Below are positions 42,801 to 57,800 of a stretch of 64,000 bases of DNA, in pieces. Under the pieces are notes generated by a model that was not told where the DNA came from, made no database searches, and saw only the letters and a list, made by a program, of their open reading frames with translations. A program made the translations under genes and the position numbers. Source of the stretch: Pavona decussata (lineage: Eukaryota); NCBI GenBank assembly GCA_977016875.1, contig CDRNST010000196.1, positions 1,178,001 to 1,242,000 on the forward strand. The letters are read 5' to 3'. Every line of letters starts with the position of its first letter. Position 1 is the first letter of the stretch.

Positions 42801-45800
42801 GAGCCAGAACCTACTAAGACTGTGGCAACTGCTATTTTTACAGTAAGTGTTACTGCTAAGTTAAATAAGAGTTGTTATGTCTAGTGAGAATGTTCCCCAC
42901 CTTGATACAACTGTTTTCCAGAAAAGCAACTCTTGACAAACAAATGTTACTGAGAATCCTAAATGAAGAAATCCTAAGGAAGGTGCAGAATTTATGTCTG
43001 CATTTTACATACAAAGGTAAAACACACTTACCTGCTCTTGCAATAAGGATCTGAAGGTCATCCAGTTTGAAATCAAACTTGTCATAACACTTTGACTCCA
43101 AATCCTCCATGCTAAGCTCCTAAGAAAATAACATATTTAACATCAGCAAAATAAATCAAGCAGTATCAGGAATAGACTGTTCACAGTTCCCCTATTTTTC
43201 TGTGGGATTCTCGAGACCGGTACGCTTGGATGGAACCGCCGCCATCTTGGTTTGTAAGAGCGAGCGCGATCTGGGGAGAGTGTCTAAACTACCGAGGGGA
43301 GCCGGAGTGGGTGTTAGTATAGTGATGGAGGGGAAGCGAAAAAATAGAGGGACTGTAACAGCTTCTCACCGACTCGCGTTCAAAAGGCCCGTTGCACCAG
43401 CAACGGCAACACCTCATTGGTCAATTAGACAATAGTAGTTCTGAAGCGTTGACAGCAAGACTGACGTATCCTTCACCGCCAGTTCTAAAACTGGATACGT
43501 AATGTTGTAATGGTGGGAAATGTTTTGATTTTTATCGTTTGTCTCGTCGGCTTGGAGGCCAAACATCCTCATCGCAGCTCGCATCTTCTAACAAAACGTT
43601 CAGTGTAAAATTCGCTCGGTACGGGTCGATACGGTGGACGGAACTGATTCACTGAAATGGTTGAAAATCAGCGGACGTTTGGAAGGCGGCAGACTGCAGT
43701 TTTCCATCTCTTTGGACTGCTTTGAAGTAGATGGCGAACTGTAGGGACAACTTTTTTGACGATTCTCTGGGGCGAAACAACACACACAAAGCGATTGAAA
43801 CGTTGCTGATCTTGGCTTTCGTCGCAAGCGCTGTTGCAAACACGTGAAGATTTATATTTCCCATCTTGTGGATCAACTTCAACTCCAAGATGTGCTTTTA
43901 AAAGATCGGCTAGAGGAATGCTGGCAACTCCAGCTCTTTTCAGGATCTTAAACAAATTTCATGTGGAAATGTACCTAATTTGCTTCCCGAAATCGCTGAC
44001 TGCTATATTTTAAAAATAAATGTTACAAATGCGGTTTCGCTGTTTATAGCTTCACTCTATGTGTTTCGCTTGTATAACTGTTGAAATTCGCCGTTTGCAA
44101 ATAGCTGATGTACTGTACTGTATTTTCATGGCTATCTTCACTCGAAAGACTTTCGCAACTTCATTTTATTTCGCAACTGTACTTTGTTTCGAAGTTTCGA
44201 AATGGTACAGTAACTGTACTGTAACAAGATCTATCATATTCCCTTCAATTTGACATGTTTATCTCTGGGGAGTATATTTCTTAGTTGATTCAATTAGTCG
44301 AGGCGACAAAGTTTCGGCACGCCCCTCGAACACGAGACAGTGAGAAGCTGTTACAGTCTCCCTATTTTTCCCGCCGCCTCCCAACTCCGCTCCCCTCCCC
44401 TCGGTAGTTTAGACACTCTCCCCAGATCGCGCTCGCTTTTACAAACCAAGATGGCAGCAGCTCCATCGAAGCGTACCGGTCTCGAGAATCCCACGGAAAT
44501 TAGGGGGACTGTGAACAGTCTATATCAGGAATGCATTTATGGTACATCACTCCGGCTTAAGATGGTATGCACATGTAATATAGTTTGAGAATGTGCATTC
44601 CTGCAGCATATTCCATAGTTGAAGTTAACCTACCTTAGTGGAGACAATCCTCTCTTGATCAGGATCACTTGTGATCTTCAGACGTCCAAGATCAATAACC
44701 AAGACATCGCATGACCTGGTTAAAAAATATGTTCTGGTATAAAAAGCACCAAGCCTGGCAATGCTCGCATTGAATAGCCAATCAATTACTACGCGTAAAC
44801 AAACAACTGACAAACAACAGACACCTTTTTTATGTATGACAGTTACGAAGGCAAATGGTTAAAAGTTTCGGAAAATAAGTTGTTTCTTTTCTTTATTTTT
44901 TCAGGGAGGAGGGGTGACGGGGAGGGGGCTCTTATGACACATTGGTTTCAGTAGGGATTCTGAGACATTCTTGTTTAGAGGACATTTTGGAACGTCTAAA
45001 AGGTTCAAAAGTGTCAGTCCAAATGAAATCATCTACTTTCTCTTATCTGTCTATCGTAATTATCTATATTATGAGAAAATCTCCTTTCGTAGTACTAGCC
45101 TAACAGGTCATGACAAGAATACTCATAATGGTGCAAATTTTCCATTGATAAGGTCAGACTTACTTCTTAAAGGTGCCTCCCTCAGGAATTATGATAAACG
45201 GAGACTTGACATCAACATTCACATCTGTTATCTACAAGTAGGCCAAATGTGTGATATTAAGAACACTTAATAGTTTTACAGTGTCTTTAATGATATGTTT
45301 TAGGTCCCATAGTGAGGCCTCAAGAAAGTCCTCAAGATGGGGCTGGGGGGCTTATTCGAAAGGGGGTAATTATTTCAAATCATGAGGTTTGAGCTAAAAT
45401 TAAATTAGCTTCTGAAATGCGTTACTACACCTTTGGTACACTTGAGTGTGAAGTATTTCCTTTATGTTTTCCAACATGGGACAACGGACTTGATAGAGAC
45501 ATGGTGCTTATAATGAAATAAAAAGCTGACCTTTGAACACTATGCTTCTCAGTGAGAGGGGGCTTGATACAGCTTTTACACCATGCTGAATGGATTCCAA
45601 TCAAGGAATGGTGTCTAGCAACACTGTTGCTTAAATAACAAATGATTTTCGAGGGCAGTTGAGTCATGCCATTGAAACTGAGTACCTCCCGAAGTTTTCT
45701 TTTCAGTTTTAATGAGATAATTGAATGTCTTTGCAATGTCTTCATACCTTGTGGTGTTCTACTGCATAAGCCAAGCTAGCTTTGGACACTGACTTCAGAT

Positions 45801-48800
45801 CTTCGAGTCGTGAGTATGCTGCTGCAGACAGCCTAGGAGAAGGACATCAAAATCCTACCAGTTACTCAACAATACTTACAAAATTGATGGCCCAGGCTAG
45901 ACTCCCTTACTATGAAGAAATGCATGTCACAAATATTGACTGTAAAAATGAGGACAGGAACACTTTGTACAACTTGTGGTATACAAAAAAATGGGTTCCT
46001 TTAAAAGGAAACACACAAAAGGGTTCTCCCCATGACCTTCTTCCGTTTTACACTAAAGTGATAACTTCCAAGTAAGTGCAGTTTCTAAAAGAGAGAATCT
46101 CTCATGCCGCATATTTCATGACTTTCACAAAGAGCAGTCCCCAGCACACCCACTCTCCGGATCGTGATCATGACAATTGAAGGCTTTAATTATCAGTGGT
46201 ACCATTTCTCTCAAAGTTTACATAAGATATATTGTAGTATCAAGTAAAGAATCCTTGTACTCACTCTGAGAGATGAACATCTTTTGGAGGTTGAAAGAAT
46301 GTGATCACATGTTCGATTGTGTTCTGGGAGACAAAATCGAAGTAACGATCAAGAACAAATAATCAACAGAAGGCGAAGTTGTTGTAAGCCATTCTTAATT
46401 CAATGTAAGAGAGCACTATTCCCTAAGAGTGACCTAAAACTCACCGTCAATATTTCACTACATTCACAGGTGGCCACAAATTAAAAGTAGGGAAGTAACA
46501 ATTATTCAGCCTGTTGCTGTGCAACAACAACTGTCAGCAAGATATAATCACTAGACATACTGCTTATCCGTGTTGGGATCAATGGCCGTTTCTTCCCACA
46601 AGAGTTGAACCTATTATATATATACGCTGTACACTGTCTCCCAGGTCCTTGTCTGCCATGTGACGGAATGTAGAAGACAGAAATACAGAAATTAACGTGG
46701 TCCTGTTTTGTTTGTCTATGTGTATCACATGTGTTCCAAGTATTAAGTGAATGGAAATGTTTTTGGAAAAAATTCAAAAAGCCTCTCCTTGAGAAAAAAA
46801 AAAGAACGCCTTCACCAACACCTTAATCTCTACATGATCATGCTTCAAATTGGCTTTTGCTATAAAGCAACCTGATACTTACTGCATCATATATGACTTG
46901 GACTGGTTGTGAAGAGACAACAGCCCTCTGGTCACACTTCCCATCCAAGGGATTCGTCTCAAAGGATGCATTGAACAAAGCAAGATGCTGTTCTGTAAAC
47001 AATACAATAATACTTGCATATTGTCATATTCTAAAGATGCATGTAACGTGTCTAAAGGATAACGATCCAGGTTTTACACGCTTTTAACCTTATTTCACCT
47101 GGGATTTTAGGAGTTCCTGAGCATGGGGGAAGGCAGATTCCGGCCCCAACTTCAAATGCATCAAGGCCACAGTAATAAATCTTGGAGGATGTATAGTATG
47201 TCCGAAACTGTTATCTTTGAGATCCACAGAAAAGGAAAATACATCACAAGGTGTAATAATTACAGCATTATTTCTGAACAGCTGCCGTCCTGGATTTCTC
47301 AATTTCTCCAAAAACAAAAACTCAGAAACCATCAAAATTGACCCCCAAAAATGTTTTACCAAATGGCATCACAAAACGCACCAAATTGCTGTTGCTGTGG
47401 AAACACGAAAGCACATGAACAATGTCATATAAGATATACATTTCTGGAAAGTCATGAAGTTTTGCGCCATTTGCTTAAATACTAAGAATGATATGAACGT
47501 GAAATATGGTGAATAAATTATTTCAGTCAGTGACACAGGCAAACTCAGAAAAAGGAAATCCGAGCAGTACCCAAGATGTTTGTCACATGACCCTGGTTTA
47601 ATGGCCAGCACCCTCGAGTCTCCTCCAGTCCAGTGTCAGAGCATCCAAACTGTCCTAACGTCTGCATGTAATATCATGAGAAGAGTTGTGTATTTTCTTA
47701 TGCCAAACCAACCTGTCTTATCATCTTGTGATGTTATCATAAGTGGCATCTTCCCATCGTTACCAGCAGAACCAAACATTTTCATCATGTCGACCTTTGC
47801 TGTCACCCTAGACAAAATTTCAGAAAAATGATACTCAGCTTAATGTGAAACTGCTGGTCTGGGTTATTACATGCATTTCCCTTTCATAAACAGTTATTGT
47901 TTTAATCCTTTTGTGGACCCCTGGCAGAGGAATTTTCACTGATTCTAGTAATTGGATTCAGATTGTCACAACAATGGAACTATGTCAAAGCCATTTTTTT
48001 TTTCAAACCAGCTTAGGCATTAAAGTAGCTGATCCATAACAAAATATGCGTCTGCTGCTGTTGGGAAGACACGTAAAGACTCAACTCACTTGATAGCTTG
48101 CGCTGATGGCCTCTGCAAAAGGTCTGCAAACAGATCCCGGAAACTTAGTCTTGCGACGTCAACTGACCTAGAAAGAAAGTTACTTATCACTTTTCACGTT
48201 TCCAACAGATCGTGGTTACCAGCTGCAGTTGAACCGGTCTTATTTAACAGTTCTCTGTAAAGAACAGATGATAAGGCGCCTGTTAACATAAAACTATCAA
48301 AACCTGGAGGCCAAGTGCCTGAGGCATGATACAAATGCCTACTTACATACTAGCACTGACGACTGAATAAACCACTCTTAACACAAAACGCAAAGCTGAA
48401 AACAGTTTCCTTGCTTCATAAGAAATGCACCTCACCATAACTTCATTTGTTCATAACTGGTCATACAGTTGCCACCAAGGGGACATAATCCATAGGAATT
48501 GATAATGACAATAAATTAACAGTATGGCAAATTCAAATCACAGTCATTTTCAAGTTAATTCACTCACGAAAGTCTTTCTGATTTGAATTGATTTAAGGGA
48601 AAATTTGATCATTTGGTAAAACTAGTCCCTTTTTTCCCAGACAGCAATCGTTAACACATTTTCATCAAAGTTACGCATTTCAGAAATTTGGTTGGCATGA
48701 TGAAACTCTCACATTTATTAATTCAGCTCTAAGACATAAAGTCACATCTCACAACAGACAAACACAAATTGCAACTTGCATTCACCAGAAAGCATGAATA

Positions 48801-51800
48801 TCTTTGGCCGTTGTGTTGCACAGTGCTCCAGCCTCAATTGTTTCAAATTCACCTTTCTACAGCTTCCACCACAGGATGTGTTACCAGGTATAAAGCTTTG
48901 TCACTATCTCAAATTTGTAAGCATTTTTCGTTAATTTTTACCATTTATATAAGCAGTTTAATTGGCAAAACGTACCATTATCTTTGTACTCACTATCGTG
49001 ACCAACATGGTCAAAGCTTGGCGTGCTACTACACCTTGGATTGTTAATACAAAATATACAAGCCACACTCACTTGGCTCCTGTATCATCTCTGAGAGCCA
49101 CACTTATTTGTTTCAAATGGACAATGACCTTATTTTCCACATACTAAAACAAAAACCAGAAAGATTTCACGTATCATTTCGTTTATGTTACAGTTACAGT
49201 TGAGATTAAGCCATTAACAACAAAGATAACAAATATGTAGAACTCGTGTATGTGTGTGTTTATTCGTACCACATTAATGAGAATATTCATTTTCTTTTTA
49301 TTTCCCCTGCAAGTTACATAGTTGCACTAAAATACAGAACACTCCCAAGTGCTGTTTCAGCATTCAGGGAATAAATGTTTGGGATAGCAAGTGTTCAAGA
49401 TGCCCACTTTAAATAATCGTGGTACAACAGTTCCAAAAGGAAAAGGTTTCTGCTTGAAAGAGACACATAGACAACCTGTAGCTGACACTAGATAGCTCAG
49501 CTATTCTGTGAACTCTACAAGCACTTTACAGAGAATAAAGATGCAATATGTTGCAAGCGATTCTCTGTTGTTCACGAGTCCACAGTGTACTTTCAAACCT
49601 CTTTCAATTAGTGAAAGGCCAGTCATAGTTTTCTGCACTGGAAATAACCTAGTACTTACTGTAAATATTTCTATAGCTTTCAAATTCCTAATCAAGAAAT
49701 CAACATTAAGTTGCATGATCTAGCAACTAATGGTGCAAAACTGAAATGGCTGAAGAAAATTCTTAATATACATCAGGGTGATATACACGAATGCAATCAA
49801 TTTGGAATAAATAAGAAGTGACATGCTATTAATACTGAATTTCACCAGCATGGAATTAACACGTTTTGTGCTTCAAGAACACTTCTTTACAAGACTCAAA
49901 CGTAGCTGCTAGAGTGGCTTCAAGCAAATAACAATCAACATGTACCTCTTTTGGGAATGCAGTTATCACTTCCCCCTCACTGTAGCCTATCGCTGAATGT
50001 AGCTTTTCCAGTTCTTCTTTCTTCTGCTCTTCAGTTAGAATTTCTGTTAAGACATTAAAGCTAACATTTATAGCTTTCAATTTCACTGTGGAGGAGAAAG
50101 CCACAATAATTTGGTAACAATGACTTGACCTTTTTGTTTAGTGCATCTATTGTTTGAGGAGACCCCTTGAAAACGTCTTATCGTATTTTTAAAAGAACTG
50201 TCAATTTTTCCATCAAATTGTCACAGAAGGTGTCATAAAATTTTGAATGCTCTGTGAATGTTTGAAGGGAAAAGAGGTATGTGACACTGGAACTTTTGTA
50301 CAGTTCCAGATATCAGACATGTCATGAAGCTGGCTACATAACCTAGTGCATTACAGGGTGTTTCAAAAGTTCGTTCCGATTTAAAGTTGTTTATTTCTTA
50401 AACAAATCAATTGTTTGTTAGAACTTTTTCAATAAATTGAGGTAGATAATTTATTAAAATGGGTGGCAATAACAATTTTAATTGTCAACTTGATGTCTTT
50501 GCTTCGATTTTCGCGCCAAATGTACACACGCACGTTTTCCCGCCATTTTTTCGCGCCCTTTGTGCATGTTGTTCCTTTCCCGAATTTGTTGTTATTCCCT
50601 AATTTTTTTCCTGAACTTTCTGTTTTCTCTGTTACGAAAATGAAGTCAGACATTGTTTCTGCTAGAGCTCAAGCAGCCATATTACGATCATCTGGTCATT
50701 CAGTCAAAGAAATCGCTAAATTTTTTAACAAGACTGAACGTTGGGTGAACAAGTGGTCGAAAAGAGAGTGCTTCGAAGACAAACCAAGACGCGGGCGACC
50801 GTCTGTTTTGACGAATTGTGCTCGAAAATATATTGAGAAAGCGAAGTACAAACGGAACAATTCAACAAGGAAGATTGCCAAGAATCTTCAGCAGACAAAT
50901 TTCCAACTTTTGAGCATAACGGTGTGGAGATACATGACTAGGAAAGGATGGAAGGCTTTCAAGCGAAAGAAGATACCTCTGTTGAGCGCAAAGCAAAGAA
51001 AAGCCCGTTTGAGATTTGCCAAGAAATACGCGAAGCTGACAGCAGAGGATTGGGACAATTTTTTATTCACAGATGAGTGTCCTAAATATCTTTTCCAGTA
51101 CCCAAATCCAAAAAACGATACTGTATGGGGCTCGCAGGAATGTGATGTTCCTCCAACTTTCCAAGTGAAGCAAAGTGCAAAGGTGATGGTGCGGGGTGGC
51201 ATGACGGGTCGTGGGCTCACAAAGTTACACATGCTATCCACAGGCCAAACCGTAACTTCTGAATACTACATCAACCAAATCCTTGAGAAAGAAGTCAAAC
51301 CGTTAACATCAAGGCGTCAGGTTACTGGTGGCCCGATAGAGAGGAAGCTGTTTAGCTCAAAGAAAGAGATGACATTCGTTGAGGATGGAGCACCGGCTCA
51401 CACTTCAAAGGCAACTCAGAGATGGTGTCAAAAGAATCTGCCAAACTTTATAGCCAAGGATGGCTGGCCAGCGAACTCTCCTGATCTCAATCCCATTGAG
51501 AATATCTGGAGTATCATTGACGAGACAACGTACAAAGATCCAGCCCCCAAAACGATGAAAGAGCTGAAGAGGCAACTACGCTTTGCATGGAAAAATGTGA
51601 CATTTGACACGCTAAAGGAACTCGCACATTCTATGCCTAGGCGATTAGAAAATGTCATTAAAAATAAAGGCGGGCATTCTGGTTACTAATAATTTGAATG
51701 ATCGAATGAAAAATAAGCAAAAAATAATATACCTAAGTTTTAAAGAGGTAGTTTAAATAAATAATGAAACGTTAGAAGAAAACAAATCGGAACGAACTTT

Positions 51801-54800
51801 TGAAACACCCTGTAAATGATTAAGTCAAGATGACTTTCAAAAACTCACATCTATACTGAACTTCTAAATTCTTTCTTGATTCCCTGCCTTAAAACTGTTC
51901 CTGGAAAACTAATTTTCTACATATTAATCATTAATTACAATTCTCATGATGACACACCATGAAATGTTTCTAATTTCTTGAAAACATTATGCTTTACAAA
52001 TTCCCGGACATTATCTGTGTAATGCCCATGAAAACTAAGAGGAACTCGAGCAAATCTTCCAAAAACGCTTCAATTTAATGGAAGCCTCACCAGACTGCTC
52101 CTCTTTCTTGCTTTTGTCACCAGAGCCAAACCATCCTGAAAACCATCCACCACTTTTTTTCTCTTCAGCTTTCTTCTTCTTCTTCTTCCTTAAGGCTGCA
52201 GCCTCCTAGTGTAAAATAAGGTGAGTGTTTGAAGGCACTTGTAATCTGGTCAGAATCGCACAGATCAACATGAATGACAAGGTAGTTTTTTCCCCGCAAT
52301 TTGAGCTAAATATAGATTGTGATGGCATCTTTTCTTTCTGAGATCCACCACGGGATACTGAACAGCATCCATACAACATTCATTTTCTGAGAATGCAAGT
52401 GAAGACCAAATAACAGCTATTGGAGAATTCAGTAATTCATCAATGATGAAGCATTCTCAAGTAAAATTAACTCAGACAAAATTCTTAGTCTTGCCAACAG
52501 CAGTCGAACCCATGGGTTTCCAATAGCTGGTTGAATGCTCGACCATTGAGCTTTGAGGGACTCGTTTTAAACAAGGCCATAACTGGTTCAAATGGCATAT
52601 ATATATAGTTACCAAGCCACAACGCCTAGAAACAGCATAATTTGGTGAGGGCAACCAATTCTCTCGAACCTCTTAACACCGGGCACATGCAATGACAAGG
52701 AAAATAATTCAGGCACAAGGATGTGATTATTGTGCAGTCTGCAAACTTCAGAAGAGAATAAGATTTATGTAATCTAATACACTTTTAACCGCCTGTAATC
52801 TGGACAAAATCATGTTCAACCAAAGCAACAAGCAGCATCTGATGACAGCTGTTCGACATCATTTAATTTCCCGTAATCTACACAAAACCACGTTTAACCA
52901 ACACCCTTTACAAAGAAGCAACTAGTGATACATGTTCAGAATGGTTGAATTTCAGGTAGTCTACGCAAAACCACATCCAGCCATCCATGTGCAACTTAAC
53001 TAGCAAAATTTGCTGGGAATCAAAATCAAATTTCATAGGCCTATCTATTTCTTCACAAATTTAATTTGCAGAAGTGAGGCTGTTCTCCTGACTGCATGGA
53101 GTCACTGTGTCTTTAAAGGAAAAACAAGAACAAAAACTGGGCGTTGATTTGGTGAATACAATTTGTGGTTTCAAATCTCTTTAAGCTGGGTAGCTATAAT
53201 GGTAAGGATAATAATATCAAGGCTGTGTATGGCTGAGGGTAACATAATAACTATCATTTAACTTTGTATAATATACAACCAAGAACCTGTTGACATGTGT
53301 TAAGTATCACTAAATTACCTGTACATCACGCCAATCCACATTTCAACCGACAAATGTCTTAAGGAAAATAATCCAGGATACTAAGAAGGTATGAGCTACT
53401 TGTAATAGATCCAAAAGCCTCATTAAACCATGTGTATCCTTATAGAGCAGACTTAACTGGGGATCAAAATCTACTGCCACTGGGCCTTGTGCATTCCTTG
53501 ACATAATAATAATAATTTGTGGAAAAGAGCCTGATCTTCTGATTTCATAGAGAACAAAAAGTAATGAACTGAAGGTAATTTGGTAATTTAGTACAACCTG
53601 CGGGTTCAAACCTTTCAATGTTGTCCAACAGTAATGAGATGTAAGAAAAAAGTGAGCCTACACATCAGTAAGGAATGAGGGCAACAGATTTTACACCTCA
53701 ATCATTCAACTTCCTATAATCTACACATAATAATGTTGAAGTAACACCTGGAGATTCACGCTAAACCAAAAATATTAACAAGTGAAATCTGGTGAAAGGA
53801 ACTAAGAATGCTTGAATTGCTTAAAGTCTACACTCTACATTTTGGGTGGTTGCTCACGGGAGATTTGACTGCAAGTAATCCTTAACAAATGAAAGCTTTC
53901 CAAGACATATTTCTATATAATTTCACAGTGGGTGCCATATATGGTATGTTTAGAAATCAGCACAACCTGAAAAGAAAGACTAGCTAGACATGCATGTCTA
54001 TACAAACCTCATAAGCAGCTTGGCGCCGACAAATTGTGATATTTAAAACATCAAGCTCATTTTCAAGCTCCTAAAGAGAAAAACGATACAAGAAATTTAA
54101 AATTTTAAGGTTAAGAGATAATTTGCATGCAGCGTTTTTTGTACTGAACAGGAAATAAAATTCCTACCATGTACCAAACATGAAGAAATACCTCTAACTT
54201 CTTGACAAGAGAATCAGAAGGTTTGTCTTGAAGTAACTTCTGCTTAAACAAGTCTTTGTATCGTCGACAGAGCCCCCTGAGAAAATGATAAAAGTTTAAT
54301 GAACATTCCCATCTTAACTTGACAACGACACACCTGACAAATTTTGTTGAACTACTGGTCTATTGTAAGAAACATGAATGTAAAAAGAAACAGTGTTAAA
54401 ACCTGATAAGCCTTTAATCAGCCAAATAAAGATTGAAATTTACTTGGTGGGGGAAGGGGGGGGGGAAGGAGAAAGGAACTGCATCTAGCCTAGAGGCAAT
54501 ATTGTCACGAACGACCATCAAAACCTAATTCAGCCCCCGTTAGGTACCTGATGTCTATAAAAAAAAAAACAGGACAACCAAAGTATACATATATACAAGG
54601 ATCACTGTTTCTCCTAAAACTAACATAAAGACTATCTTAGTGAAACCATATTAAGCTACCTCAATTCATTCATGATCTTATCCCACCAACCCTGATGATG
54701 GCACAAATGGGAATAAACTATTGAGCACACTTTCTGCCAAAGAGTTTGTTCAGTTGTATTCTCAAGAGATTCTTCTATATTCTAAATTGAAGATGGAACT

Positions 54801-57800
54801 GTCTCTATGATGTCAACCATGCAACATTGATCAAGGTTTTGCCACATGCAGAAATCAGAGCAAGGTTAGAACCTCCTTTTCTCTTGTTTTTAATTTTCGT
54901 TATTTATTTTCTTTCAAGATCCTGGATGATGGGCCAGCCAGAGTTGACCACCCCACCCTAGAGAAGGACGCTCTACGATCTGAGCTTAACAGGAGTTGTG
55001 AGTCATAATTTTCACATTAAAATTTGGATAAATGTCAAATTAATAGAGCATAACTAGTCAGCTTGCCTGTGCTTCTTTATGTGTGTCCATGACCAATTCC
55101 TCAGTCTCCTCCTCACATCTTCCTCAAGAATACTCGTAATTGCATACTTCCACCTAATTGAAGAAGGGGGCAAAGTAGGTTGCAATTGTTTGATATGATA
55201 TACAGCAGCAAGATAAAACATGCTTTCATTAATGATAATATCAATTTTTAAAAAAAAATCACACTGCTCCTCCTTACACTGTCCTTGTTAAGATGTGCTG
55301 TGGCATTATAAGAAAGTTTGATTTCTTGTGTTTACATTTACAACGTTATTTTCTTTTTTTAATTGAGCGAGTCGAGAACACTTTTGTTTTGTTTGGTGAA
55401 GCAGTGCTTAAAAAAATTGTTGTGCCACTGTCTTATCCAATTAGAAATAAAATTAGAATATTGACTTCCTCACATGCATTTGCCCATGATTGACACACCT
55501 ACTTGTATTCGTTTTGAGTTCTAAAATGTAATTGCCTCATTGTGTTGTTTACATCTTCTGTCATTGGTTGGCGTGATAGCCCAAGTTTTGGTTTTACCAC
55601 AGTCAAACGAAACCAGCTTTAAGTTAAAACGCATCCTTATGAAAAAAGTCCCATTGCCTTTCATTTTCAAAAGGTACAAACACTTGTGCATGGCTTATAT
55701 ATGCTTGTAGTTGTCCATGACTATAATACAGTCACTTACCACTGATTGGCATGGCCATGGAGAGGGTTGTTAGGTTTATATTTTCTGAACGTGGAATTTG
55801 TGGCCATTCGATCAAAGGATTCCAGTAATTCCATCACATCATGATACTGCTGCCTCATCAAAACTAAGGAAATCTCTTGCAAGACAAGGCTTAGGAAAAC
55901 CTGGGTAGAAATAACATGCACAAAATAGTCACATTTAATTGTCTGATTAAATACCCAAGGCATGTGGCAAAAACTGGGTTCATTCAGGGCGTTGATTAAC
56001 TGTAAACAATCTGGACAAAAAGACAAGTGCAACGCTCAAAAATAGAATTATCCTTTACATATCTGAATTGTCTGAGCAAACACTGCCTTCCAATTATGCT
56101 ACAGAACATTTTTTGTTTCTCTTTTGCTCATCTTCCTAGACTTAGGTAGACTTAGTATCATTCTTTTACCCAGAGATATGGCTGATCTTTTTCTTGAAAG
56201 GACACTTGTTTGTCCTTGGTACAATGTTTTTGGACCAGAGATCACATGATCAAGACACTAATGACTTTAATGACTAGCTTGTACCTAAAATTCCATCCAG
56301 GGAAAGAACGATCATAGTGATTGATAACATTTGTCTGGGCAATACGTCCCCCTACAGTTGGGACTTCACTGCGTGAAGGTCTCAGTCACTCGGTCTCCAC
56401 TGATTGACAATGTTATGCTCAAAAAACCACTGTGCTTTCGAGACTGAATTACTAAAGAGCAGAGAATTTAAGTACAGTTATACACAAATGCAACAGACAA
56501 GCTGAGAAACCCACAACAAACAAAACAGACCATGTACTGATGTTGCCATAGTTAAGTGAAGCCACCCAGAATACCCCAAGTAATGCATACCTTTGGAATA
56601 CTCAAATCTGAGCCTGGTTTGATGTTCATCTTAACTTTAGTGGTAGCTGAGATTGGCTGTAAAACTAAACCAGAAATTAATTTGCACAGATAATGTCAGA
56701 CTGGTGAATACTGTTGCAGTGTTAAGCAATATCAATTTCTGAGTATGTGTCATTTTGCATGCAAACTTGTGTCAATGCATACAACTTTGTAACTACATTT
56801 ATGCAAATGAAACTTCAACTGCGCATCACCAAAGATCTCTGAGAATGAAAGCAAGAAGACCATTAAGGCTGAGCACCAAATTTTAACCAGCTGGTACAAC
56901 TTGACAATAAAAGGATCACAAGAGGCTCATTATAAAGCGCTTGCCTTCATCACCTCTTTCCCATACTCACGATCACCTTCCTCACAGCACACTCATTCAC
57001 ACCTTCCCTGTGCTAAAACATTCTTACTGACCCTCGAACAAAACCCTGACATGTTAGCCACGTCAAACAGTAACACTCACTGACAAACCCTTTCTCCTGC
57101 ACTTCTGCTGCTAATCCCTCACGATGTTCAAACAACAGCACACTCCCATTATATGCCATCTTAGCTTAGAAATTAACACCTCCTCCAAAAGGGTCTTTTT
57201 AACCATCACAAACTACTTCCTCAATACAAACCCTGCACTACCTTCCTGTTGAGTCTCTCCTCTGCCTTAGTAGATCGGATGTCATCACTCCTACTCCCTT
57301 AACCTCCTTATAACTCTCTCTCCATCACCACCACCACCTTGTTATGCCAGGTGTACCAACCAGACCACATGGCAAATGGATAATTTGACAATACATGATA
57401 GGGTTCCCATAATCACCACATGCATGTTAAGCAACATATGGGAACCTCCATCACGTAATGTCAAATTATCCATTTGGCTTGTGGTCTGGTGACGATGGAG
57501 AGAGCTGTGAAGGGGGTTTAAAGTTCTAGGGAGTAGGACTGGTGAGATCAAATTTAGTAAGGCAGGGGAGAGACTCAACAGAAAACTAATCCGAACACTT
57601 TAAATCCTGCACCAGCCCCAGGTCTGCTCAATGAGTAGTGCTGATTATGAAGGGGCATCGCTAGTCTCCACCTTCAACGAATCCTTCACACTCAGCTTCT
57701 TCCTTTCCCAGTTCAGCTTCCAACTATAGTCCTTTCTGGGCGTACTGGCGAGGTTCACGTGATAATCTGATTTATACCTTGCACAGCACTCGCAACTCAT

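Noticed and set aside
50463-50639. N-terminal 59-aa extension of the 408-aa transposase ORF in the ORF track
   Set aside because: Begins at a non-ATG codon; transposase-like sequence starts at ATG 50640
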